In this document: in pieces, positions 16,981 to 25,031 of the stretch
Position numbering within the stretch: position 1 is the stretch's first letter
Layout: each line of letters begins with the position of its first letter
Origin: an uncultured Flavobacteriaceae bacterium
Lineage (GTDB): Bacteria; Bacteroidota; Bacteroidia; Flavobacteriales; Flavobacteriaceae
DNA: 64,000 nt
Reading direction: 5' to 3'
NCBI GenBank assembly: GCA_937944485.1
Contig: CALDYU010000011.1
Coordinates: 597-64,596 of the forward strand
Made by a program: the position numbers and the translations under genes
The notes under the pieces: generated by a model
Told to the model about the DNA's origin: nothing
Seen by the model: the letters and a program-made list of their open reading frames with translations, nothing else
Database searches by the model: none

Positions 16981-19900
16981 TTATTTGTTTACAGAAACAG
17001 TAATATGGTCTATTTCTCCTGTTCTTCTAAAAATTTTACTGCTATTAACGGTATCGATTTTTAAACCATCGATTGCAATATTCTCCTGATTTTTGAACCT
17101 TATTTGCATTCCAGTTTTATCCTCTAGAACATATATAATAGGCACTTGACAATACGTAAATGCAAGGGTGTTTTTCTGAAGCTGTAAGCTCTTGATGTTT
17201 GCATTTATATCGCGATATTCAAAAGTCATTGGTTTTTTTAAGAACTCTTCTTTGCGCAATAAGATGGGGTTAAAAACTAAACATCCTTCAGATACGAATA
17301 CACCCAATTCTCCAAATCGACAAAGAATATCTTCCTTTACTTGCCCAGTCATTCCTGGTTGCTGCGCTCCTTTTCCTCCCGGAGTGTGAGAATAAGGGTC
17401 TGTTGGAAAGGCTCCGTATAGCTCAGGAGATTTATGTACCCCAATACCTTCGTTAATTTCATAGTAATGGTCCAAAAGTCCGCCTAAAACTGCTGCATCT
17501 TCATTAGCTTTTATAGCAGCCAAACAGGTTTCTTGAACAGCCAAGGCCAATTTAGAAACCATATGCCAATAAATAGAACCTAAACCTTCATAACCGTAGA
17601 AAGTACCTGATCGACCTGTAAATGATTTATGGTCGAACATTTCTTCAAAAATATCTAACAAGAACTGACTGTCTTTTTCTATCAGCGCTCCATATTTATC
17701 AGCAGGTAATTGCTTTAGAGCCTGGCTTAGACTATCAGCATTATTATAAGAACCGTTAAAATGATACTTTCCGTTAACATCTTTTTCAACCACGCTAAGG
17801 TTTCCATCTTTCACCAGTTGTTGCAATAATTGAGAGGCTTCAGCCTTGGCGGTAGGAATGGTGTTTTTCTCAACGAATCGCGGTAGTTTTTTGTTCGGAT
17901 ACAATATATAACTGTATTGGTCTTCTCGAAACAAGGCGCTATTTTTTAGGGCATTCAGAACTTCTAAGGAAGCCTTACCGTCAATGTAGCCCGAGCTTAA
18001 AACAGCTACTTGTCCTTCAAGCATTTCAGGTAAATAAGAAATAGAAACTTCAGAATCGTTCTCAACCGTCATTAAATTATAGGCGTGGAATAATTTATCA
18101 GTACGTTGATTCGCATTGATAGAATGGTCTAAGTACTTTTTGGCAACGGTTAAAAAAGAAGCTAATTCAGTTTTCGATAGTACCACTTTATCGCCGCTAA
18201 ATCCGCTTTCGTATATCGTATTTCTATAGTCGCTACCCGCGTTTCCTAATCTATCGAGTATTGATTTTCTTTGCGTATCAGAAATTTTTCCAGATAGTAT
18301 CGCTATATTTTCGTTTAGCGTATTCGTTATTCCATCGAAAAATACCAGCAGTTCTTTAGATATTTGATGACTTTCATTAGTGGAACTTTGTACAACATTC
18401 TCAAAGAAGGATAAAAATCTTCTCAAGTAGTATAAGGTAACCATAGATACGCCATTACCTACCAACGCATTATTGGCATCATTCCATTCTGGTCTTTGGG
18501 TATTCATCCAAATACCACCTTCAGGAATAAAGTTTGACATTTTAGCCAAAACAGTGGCTAACAATTTTTCTATAAGATTGACCTTATAAATCAACTGACT
18601 TTTGACAGTCAAAAGCGCACCATCAGCACCGATTTCTTTTCGTTTCTGATTAATTTCTTTTTCAGATTTAGTATCTAAAACAATCGTGTCTTTAGGATTC
18701 TTTAGAATATCTGAATAACTCTTAATCTTATAAGGAACATTGGCATAAACAAAAAGATTTTGATCAAAATATGTTGCCAAAGTACTCGGCGCATGTTTTT
18801 CTATAAATTCTAAAAACTTGAGTAGGTATATAATTTGATGATCGCCCCAATAACCAATATAAGACCATGGGTCATTAGGTTCAATAGTTTCCCAATCAAA
18901 ACCATCTTTCGTTACGCGATAAGGATTATAACCATCAAAAGTGGTCGCATTCAAGAATTTATGAATCATGTTTTCCATAAACTCGGGATACGAATGCGCT
19001 AAAGCCTCCCAATTTTGAAAGATATCTCTCCAATTGCCTTGGTAATCTAAAATTTTAGACCCATCCTCATTTTTGGTGTTGATTGAAAACTTGTTCCAAG
19101 GTCTACTTGGGTCACCATGTCTTCTACTAAATTTTAAGGGTAAGTATTCGAAACAAAATCTTTTAAAATTCTTGTCTTCTTCTAAACCCCCTAAGGTTTT
19201 CGTAGTATTTCTTAAATCAGCTAGGGTAAAAAGATCAGGTAATTCGGCTAAAAGTGCCTTATTATTCTTGAAGGTCTTGCTATTAGCCTTTTCGATATAT
19301 TTCTTAAAGTCAGCCTTTTCAATGTGATAGTTATTATCAAATATACCGCCTCTCATTATATTAAAAAGACTGTTCGCAAAATGCCGCGTATTTCGAAGTT
19401 TGTCAGCCGTTAATTGTATACCATCTGCTGCCGCATTTAGCGCAATTAATTCTGCTGTTCCTTTTTCAATATCTGTTAATAATTTGGACTTTAAATTTTT
19501 ATCATTCTTAATTTGATGAGAAATTCTGGACACATCACTAATGGATTGATTTACGTCGGCGACAAGCATCCATTCCTTTGTTACTTCAGGCTGTAAAACC
19601 GTATTGAACACATTAAAATAAGCCCCTTTTTCAGCTCTAACATCTTCTTCTTGAACCACATTACCGCCCCTTCTGAAATTATCAAGTTGCAATGATGAAA
19701 CCAAATATGTTGGGTTTTCAATACCCAGCGACCAAACTGTTGCTACTTTTAAGGCTTCACTAGGTTCTGCTCGATCTACAATAACGGCACTTAATGCGTA
19801 GATACCCATGCCCACTTCAGCTTGCAACTCGTTCTTCTTATAAGCATCAACAAGATTACTGCTCATTGCTTGCAGACCAGTATCTACACCATAAGGCATT

Positions 19901-20451
19901 ATGTTTTGAATACCATCTAATATTGTCACGGCAAGGTCTTCGCTGTTCGTGTTCAAGAGACTTGACTTTTTAACGAAACCATATTGATCACTAGAACTCC
20001 ATTGGTATCTAAATATCAGTCCGAGGTCTTGATTAATTTCCTCAAAAATTACTTTGTTCCCATAACTATTTTTATAGAGATTTCTCGTGATGTCATAGAT
20101 GCCTAAATAGCGATCTGAAAAAGGCTCCCATAGTTTGGTTTTCCCTTTAGAATTGGCTCGTATAATGGTTTTACTTCCTGTTATATCTGCTGACTCCGTT
20201 ATTTTATCATCTGTATAATAGGGAAACAAAGCATACGTTGCGTTTTTTCTTCCAGCAGTTAATCCGCCATTGCTCGAAATGAACATCCAGTGATTTGAAT
20301 CACTAACGATACTCATAAAAAATGGACGCATGGTATCGCTATTCGAAATTTTATAATAGTTTTCATTCTCGAACGCTATCAATCGTCCTGCTACAGGTGA
20401 CACATCAAAGTGCGCTTTCCCATCTCCAATATTCATACTAAACTTCGTCAT
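16981..20451 (-). CDS. GH149-like (GH94-clan) cytoplasmic beta-1,3-glucan/oligoglucan phosphorylase
   Basis: 1156 aa with no signal peptide. The GH94-clan catalytic-type motif RPEWNDANNAL (EWND at 18478-18489, minus strand) is present. Size and placement directly upstream of GH17 + MFS match described bacterial GH149 loci. Confidence 0.55.
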   Translation of the reverse strand: MTKFSMNIGDGKAHFDVSPVAGRLIAFENENYYKISNSDTMRPFFMSIVSDSNHWMFISSNGGLTAGRKNATYALFPYYTDDKITESADITGSKTIIRANSKGKTKLWEPFSDRYLGIYDITRNLYKNSYGNKVIFEEINQDLGLIFRYQWSSSDQYGFVKKSSLLNTNSEDLAVTILDGIQNIMPYGVDTGLQAMSSNLVDAYKKNELQAEVGMGIYALSAVIVDRAEPSEALKVATVWSLGIENPTYLVSSLQLDNFRRGGNVVQEEDVRAEKGAYFNVFNTVLQPEVTKEWMLVADVNQSISDVSRISHQIKNDKNLKSKLLTDIEKGTAELIALNAAADGIQLTADKLRNTRHFANSLFNIMRGGIFDNNYHIEKADFKKYIEKANSKTFKNNKALLAELPDLFTLADLRNTTKTLGGLEEDKNFKRFCFEYLPLKFSRRHGDPSRPWNKFSINTKNEDGSKILDYQGNWRDIFQNWEALAHSYPEFMENMIHKFLNATTFDGYNPYRVTKDGFDWETIEPNDPWSYIGYWGDHQIIYLLKFLEFIEKHAPSTLATYFDQNLFVYANVPYKIKSYSDILKNPKDTIVLDTKSEKEINQKRKEIGADGALLTVKSQLIYKVNLIEKLLATVLAKMSNFIPEGGIWMNTQRPEWNDANNALVGNGVSMVTLYYLRRFLSFFENVVQSSTNESHQISKELLVFFDGITNTLNENIAILSGKISDTQRKSILDRLGNAGSDYRNTIYESGFSGDKVVLSKTELASFLTVAKKYLDHSINANQRTDKLFHAYNLMTVENDSEVSISYLPEMLEGQVAVLSSGYIDGKASLEVLNALKNSALFREDQYSYILYPNKKLPRFVEKNTIPTAKAEASQLLQQLVKDGNLSVVEKDVNGKYHFNGSYNNADSLSQALKQLPADKYGALIEKDSQFLLDIFEEMFDHKSFTGRSGTFYGYEGLGSIYWHMVSKLALAVQETCLAAIKANEDAAVLGGLLDHYYEINEGIGVHKSPELYGAFPTDPYSHTPGGKGAQQPGMTGQVKEDILCRFGELGVFVSEGCLVFNPILLRKEEFLKKPMTFEYRDINANIKSLQLQKNTLAFTYCQVPIIYVLEDKTGMQIRFKNQENIAIDGLKIDTVNSSKIFRRTGEIDHITVSVNK

Positions 20452-20562
20452 ACGTATTTCGAGCCGCTCTATAGTTGAGGGTCAGTCTTTATTTCTAAAA
20501 TTATTTTGGCGAAACTTACTTGCTCGGAAACAAGTTTCTATGCACTTTATAACTTAAGGAAG

Positions 20563-20594
20563 AAAAAAGCCAATGGCGGGGGACATCCATTGGC
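20563..20594 (-). terminator. Rho-independent terminator downstream of the GH16 gene
   Basis: The minus strand reads GCCAATGG-atgtcccccg-CCATTGGC followed by TTTTTT. Confidence 0.6.
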
Positions 20595-20614
20595 TTTGTT
20601 AATTATCAATTTAA

Positions 20615-22708
20615 TTATTGATATACTCTAATATAATCTACCTCCATTGTGTCTTCAGTGAATGCAGGGTCAATAGTACCTCCTAAAGTACCCCCCATGG
20701 CGACGTTCATAATGAAGAAGAAATCAGCATTAAAAGGGGTATCCGCTGCATTTGTAAAACTAAGATGTATTAATTCATCATCGACTACAAATTTGATGCT
20801 TTCGGCTGTCCATTCTATAGTATAATTATGGAATTCTGAAGTAGCCGTAGGAACTGAAGTAGAATTAGTTACTGCACTTCCGCCTGAATTACCAGGATAA
20901 TGCAAGGCACTCGATGTTACATTCGAATTGTTGCCAACATGCTCCATTATATCCATTTCACCACTGGCAGGCCATCCGACCTCATCAAAGTTAGCACCAA
21001 GCGTCCATAAGGCTGGCCAAGTACCGCCTGCTGATGGCAGTTTCGCTCTAATTTCTACTCTACCGTAAGTGAACTCATATAAATTTTCCGTTTTTATACG
21101 TGCTGAAGTATATGCTGAATCACCTTGAGGGCTTTCTCCGAAATCAAAGAATAAAACAACTCTGTCATAAACAAAATCGGGTGCCCCACTAAAATCATAA
21201 GTTAAAGTTTCCCATGATTCGGCTACAGTAGACATTAAATCAACTTCATGACTTTCTTCTGAATTGTTCGAATTTTCAATTTTCAACTTAATTACAGCAC
21301 CAACTGTTGGAGACCATGTTTTGATGCTAATACTATTATAGGTACTTAAATCAAGAGGGGTATCTAAGTCAAAAAATGAACCTGCCCAAACTTCTGCTCC
21401 CACTGGTTTAGTTGACTGAGCAACTTTAGAAGAAACATTATCACCTGTCGCATCAGGATTATCGATAACTTCTGTAGTTGTACCTCCAAATCCGGTAAAC
21501 GCCGGAGCTGTTCCTTCAAAATCTTGTAAGACTGCAGAATCAGTGTTATTGACTAACATAACATCATCATAATAATGTAGTACATTACCAGACGTACCAG
21601 AACCTATAGCCGTAATTTTCAATACACCATCTTCAACCCTTACATTTTCTGGATTATTGGTATACTCCTGAGCTTCACCATTACCCCAGCCACCAGCACC
21701 TAAGTCGTAGGTCCATTTTGCAGGATCAGGAGCACCATCAACATCAAACTCATCAGACCAAACCAAATTATTAAACTGAGTTACTAAATTCTCTTCGCCA
21801 CCACCAGAATTGGCATCAGCTGAAAATCTAAGATACCAAGCTAAGTCAGGGTTTTCAGAATCAAAACTTCTAACATATAATAAGTTCTCTGAAATTGATA
21901 AAATCTCGTAATTAGAGGATCCTACATAATAACTCATAAAACCGTCATCCGAAAAATCCATTTGAATCCCCGTTGTTTCGCCTTCTGGTACATTACCTGA
22001 AACTGGAGATAAAACAACTTCTTTAGTACCAGAGGTATCAAATTCGAAACAAGAATCTTCATCACCTGAACCTCCTGCTGCAGCCAAATGTGCTGCGTTG
22101 AAAAAGGTTGAACCATTATTATTCAAAGTATATGAGATATTACCATTACCATCAGTACTAAAAGTTAACTCATCATCACAAAAGCAGTCTGATATCTCTT
22201 CACTACACTTTTCGAAAGCTTGTGCAGAAAACCATTTTGGAAACCACCATTCACCATCAATACCTTCACGTGCTGGTCCAACGCCTAAATGTCCTGGCTG
22301 CGCAACAGCAACGAACCATGTTTTAGAACTGCCATCGGTTAAAAAAGCTACTGTTTCAGGGTCAGAAAAGCCTAATGACACAGCTACTTGTATAGATTCT
22401 GAAATTGTTTGACTTTGACCACTACTTCCTGCTGTAACAGTAACTGTATACGTATTGTCACCTATCATATCATAGGTTTTAGAAATAGTACCTGAATTTG
22501 TTAAACCTGTTGTTCCGTCACCAAAATCAAAATGATAATAGGTTGCATTTGTAGCAGATGCCGTAAAATTAACTACCCCATCTCCTTCATTTTGAGAACT
22601 TACCGAAAGGTTTGATGGTACAACAGCATTCGGAGTTGCTACATCGTCGCTATCACAGCTAAAGATTACTGCCATGACTGCTATCAAAAAATACTTCATT
22701 CTTTTCAT
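20615..22708 (-). CDS. Multidomain lipoprotein: PKD-like domain + shared ~190-aa module + GH16 laminarinase interrupted by a ~160-aa inserted module
   Basis: Lipobox IFSC|D and the PKD motif HFDFGDGTTG. The GH16 blocks are WSDEFD...GWGNGEAQEYT, then YTSARIKT...GRVEIRAKLP...WPALW, and the catalytic EMDIME (20942-20959). Confidence 0.85.
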   Translation of the reverse strand: MKRMKYFLIAVMAVIFSCDSDDVATPNAVVPSNLSVSSQNEGDGVVNFTASATNATYYHFDFGDGTTGLTNSGTISKTYDMIGDNTYTVTVTAGSSGQSQTISESIQVAVSLGFSDPETVAFLTDGSSKTWFVAVAQPGHLGVGPAREGIDGEWWFPKWFSAQAFEKCSEEISDCFCDDELTFSTDGNGNISYTLNNNGSTFFNAAHLAAAGGSGDEDSCFEFDTSGTKEVVLSPVSGNVPEGETTGIQMDFSDDGFMSYYVGSSNYEILSISENLLYVRSFDSENPDLAWYLRFSADANSGGGEENLVTQFNNLVWSDEFDVDGAPDPAKWTYDLGAGGWGNGEAQEYTNNPENVRVEDGVLKITAIGSGTSGNVLHYYDDVMLVNNTDSAVLQDFEGTAPAFTGFGGTTTEVIDNPDATGDNVSSKVAQSTKPVGAEVWAGSFFDLDTPLDLSTYNSISIKTWSPTVGAVIKLKIENSNNSEESHEVDLMSTVAESWETLTYDFSGAPDFVYDRVVLFFDFGESPQGDSAYTSARIKTENLYEFTYGRVEIRAKLPSAGGTWPALWTLGANFDEVGWPASGEMDIMEHVGNNSNVTSSALHYPGNSGGSAVTNSTSVPTATSEFHNYTIEWTAESIKFVVDDELIHLSFTNAADTPFNADFFFIMNVAMGGTLGGTIDPAFTEDTMEVDYIRVYQ

Positions 22709-22751
22709 AGTGTTTTTTTTAATTTAATTATATAGCGGTCTTTTAATACTA

Positions 22752-22780
22752 ATTAGAGGGTTTTTAGCAAACCCTCTAAT
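22752..22780 (-). other. Strong intercistronic hairpin (12-bp stem, 5-nt loop) between the SGBP-like gene and the GH16 gene
   Basis: ATTAGAGGGTTT (22752-22763) pairs with AAACCCTCTAAT (22769-22780). There is no T-run on the coding (minus) strand, so it is more likely a processing/stability element or a weak terminator. Confidence 0.5.
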
Positions 22781-22801
22781 TCTATCTTCTTTATTAAAGG
22801 T

Positions 22802-24727
22802 CTATTGACGAAAATATATATTGTCAACGTAAACAGTAAAGCCACCTGAAGGGTTTCCTGAATATATTAACTGAGCGATGTTTGCTTTATTTGTCAATCC
22901 TGTAAAATCAGAAAGTGGTATCTCTAGACTTACCCACTGGTTTTGAGCAGGACTTGCAATCGTAATTTCATGTTCAACGTCGTCACCACCATCAAAAGCA
23001 CCATCTGGCCCAAAATCAACTAATTTGATTCTAAACTCTGTTGCATCTGCTGTCCATATATCCGTATGAAAATGTGTCATACTGGTTGCATCAATTTGAT
23101 TCGCTACAGTTTCTATTCCAACAAAATTCAATGCACTATACTTCTTCACATCATCACCTTCAACCATGACATCTTCTAAGGTAGCATCTGACCAATCTGT
23201 TCTAAATGTATCTACAGTAACATTCGTGTAGGCATTACTGAACATAGAGATAACATCAGCTTCTGCAACTGTTGGCGTAGGAGCAGCCGTTGTAGGAGCA
23301 GTAGCACCCATCGCACCATCATTGTAAAAATAAATATTATCAACAAAAACTGTTAAAGCTCCTGAAGGATCTCCTGAATAAATTAATTGGGCAATATTCG
23401 CTTTGGTAGTCAAACCTGCAAAATCAGCTAATGGTATATCTAAACTCACCCACTGGTTTTGAGCTGGATTTGCAATGACAACTTCATGCTCTGTATCATC
23501 ACCACCGTCAAAGGCACCATCAGGTCCGAAATCAACTAATTTTATTCTAAATTCAGTAGCATCTGCCGTCCAAATATCCGTATGAAAGTGCGTCATTGCC
23601 GTAACATCTAATTGACTAGAAACCGTTTCAATACCAACAAAGCTCAAACTACTATATTTCTTAGTCGCATTACCACCAGCATCAAAATCTTCTAAAACCC
23701 CTTGTGACCAGTCTGTTCTAAAAGTATCAACCGTTACATCAGTATAGGCATCACTAAACATAGAAATAACATCAGCCTCAGCCGCTGTTGGCGTGGGAGC
23801 AGCCATTGTAGGTTCTGAACCACCTCCTTGCATAGCTGGCTCAGAAGAAAACCTGTGATACCAAGCTAAATCGGGGTTTTGCGTATCAAAAGTTCTAACA
23901 TATAATAAATCATCACTTACCGATAGTATTTCATATGTAGATGAACCCACATAATACCCCATAAAACCACCATCGGAAAAATTCATTTGAATTCCTCGCG
24001 TTTCTTCTTCGGGAACATTTCCTGATACAGCCGATAGCGTTACAGTCTTCGCACCAGAAGTATCAAAGTCATAACAAAAATCCATATCCTCTGCACCTCC
24101 AACAACATCTCTATGAGCTACATTAAAATAAGTTTGCCCCTTATTATCTAAAGTATAGGTCAATCCACCATTACCATCAGTAGTAAAGGTTAATTCATCA
24201 TCACATAAGCAATCAGAATCGTCACTACCACATTTTTCAAAAGCAGAAGCAACAAACCATTTCGGGTACCACCAGTCACCATCAATTCCTTCTCTTGCTG
24301 GCCCCAATCCTAAATGGCCAGGTTGATCAGCAGCTAAATACCATGTTTTAGAGCTTCCACTAGTCAATAAAGCCACCGTTTCAGGGTCTGAAAAGGCAAT
24401 TGATACTGCAACTTGTAGGGTCTCAGCAATCGTCTTTTGTTCTCCTGACCCAGCGGTTACCGTAACTGTATAGTTATTGTTACCAATTTCTGTATATGTT
24501 TTAGAAATCATACCTGTACTGGTCAAACCAGTTGACCCATCACCAAAATCAAAGTGGTAATAAGTAGCATCATTAGCCGATGCCGTAAAATTTACTACCC
24601 CATCTGCGCCATTCTGTGAACTAACTGTTAGGTTACTTGGCGTAACTGCAACCGGAAAGTCAATATCGTCTTCACAACCTAAAGCGATTGTAAGTAATAC
24701 TACTACCATGTACTTAAACTTTTTCAT
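22802..24727 (-). CDS. Surface glycan-binding lipoprotein candidate: PKD-like domain + shared module + two tandem CBM-like repeats
   Basis: Lipobox ALGC|E and the PKD motif HFDFGDGSTG. The N-terminal ~295 aa are paralogous to the GH16 protein. The C-terminal half has two 160-aa repeats, and there is no catalytic motif. Confidence 0.7.
   Translation of the reverse strand: MKKFKYMVVVLLTIALGCEDDIDFPVAVTPSNLTVSSQNGADGVVNFTASANDATYYHFDFGDGSTGLTSTGMISKTYTEIGNNNYTVTVTAGSGEQKTIAETLQVAVSIAFSDPETVALLTSGSSKTWYLAADQPGHLGLGPAREGIDGDWWYPKWFVASAFEKCGSDDSDCLCDDELTFTTDGNGGLTYTLDNKGQTYFNVAHRDVVGGAEDMDFCYDFDTSGAKTVTLSAVSGNVPEEETRGIQMNFSDGGFMGYYVGSSTYEILSVSDDLLYVRTFDTQNPDLAWYHRFSSEPAMQGGGSEPTMAAPTPTAAEADVISMFSDAYTDVTVDTFRTDWSQGVLEDFDAGGNATKKYSSLSFVGIETVSSQLDVTAMTHFHTDIWTADATEFRIKLVDFGPDGAFDGGDDTEHEVVIANPAQNQWVSLDIPLADFAGLTTKANIAQLIYSGDPSGALTVFVDNIYFYNDGAMGATAPTTAAPTPTVAEADVISMFSNAYTNVTVDTFRTDWSDATLEDVMVEGDDVKKYSALNFVGIETVANQIDATSMTHFHTDIWTADATEFRIKLVDFGPDGAFDGGDDVEHEITIASPAQNQWVSLEIPLSDFTGLTNKANIAQLIYSGNPSGGFTVYVDNIYFRQ
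22808..23803 (-). repeat. Intragenic tandem duplication: two 160-aa (480-nt) modules, each preceded by an AAPTPT linker
   Basis: aa 309-468 (23324-23803) versus aa 481-640 (22808-23287). They are roughly four-fifths identical by my hand alignment, with long identical runs such as THFHTDIWTADATEFRIKLVDFGPDGAFDGGDD. Confidence 0.9.
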
Positions 24728-24830
24728 AGATTTTCTATTTAGTTAATTTGATTTTACTTCTTTACAAATGTGTTTCATAATTAAACTTACTCAGTTTCAA
24801 GACCTTATTACAAACCACTTCTGCAAGATA

Positions 24831-24893
24831 TTGTATTGTATAATGAAATCAATAATATGAGCCCATACAAAAAACATACAATACAAAAAACAT
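24831..24893. promoter_or_regulatory. Repeat cluster upstream of the laminarin structural genes: 11-bp inverted repeat plus 13-bp direct repeat (candidate operator)
   Basis: TTGTATTGTAT (24831-24841) and ATACAATACAA (24876-24886) are perfect reverse complements. ATACAAAAAACAT occurs at 24865-24877 and again at 24881-24893. GAAATCAAT occurs at 24845-24853 and 24898-24906. Confidence 0.35.
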
Positions 24894-25031
24894 ATTAGAA
24901 ATCAATCAAAATCATAATGAAATAAGGGGATTATAACGAAATTGACAAATCGTTGGTAGTCAGCCAAATAACTTTTAATAAGCAGCTTTGTATAGGTAAT
25001 GTTGTGGTTATAAACAACTATGTAGTGGAAG

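Noticed and set aside
284-22412. Many short ORFs in the six-frame track lie nested inside or antisense to long, motif-supported genes. Examples: 284-481, 1292-1510, 2133-2405, 5774-6031, 6993-7412, 8673-8975, 8687-8869, 9704-9907, 10104-10286, 14872-15147, 15357-15602, 15686-16110, 17192-17389, 19073-19327, 21934-22116 and 22098-22412.
   Set aside because: All overlap genes with clear family motifs, have no signal, motif or start context of their own, and are what an AT-rich genome produces by chance on the opposite strand.
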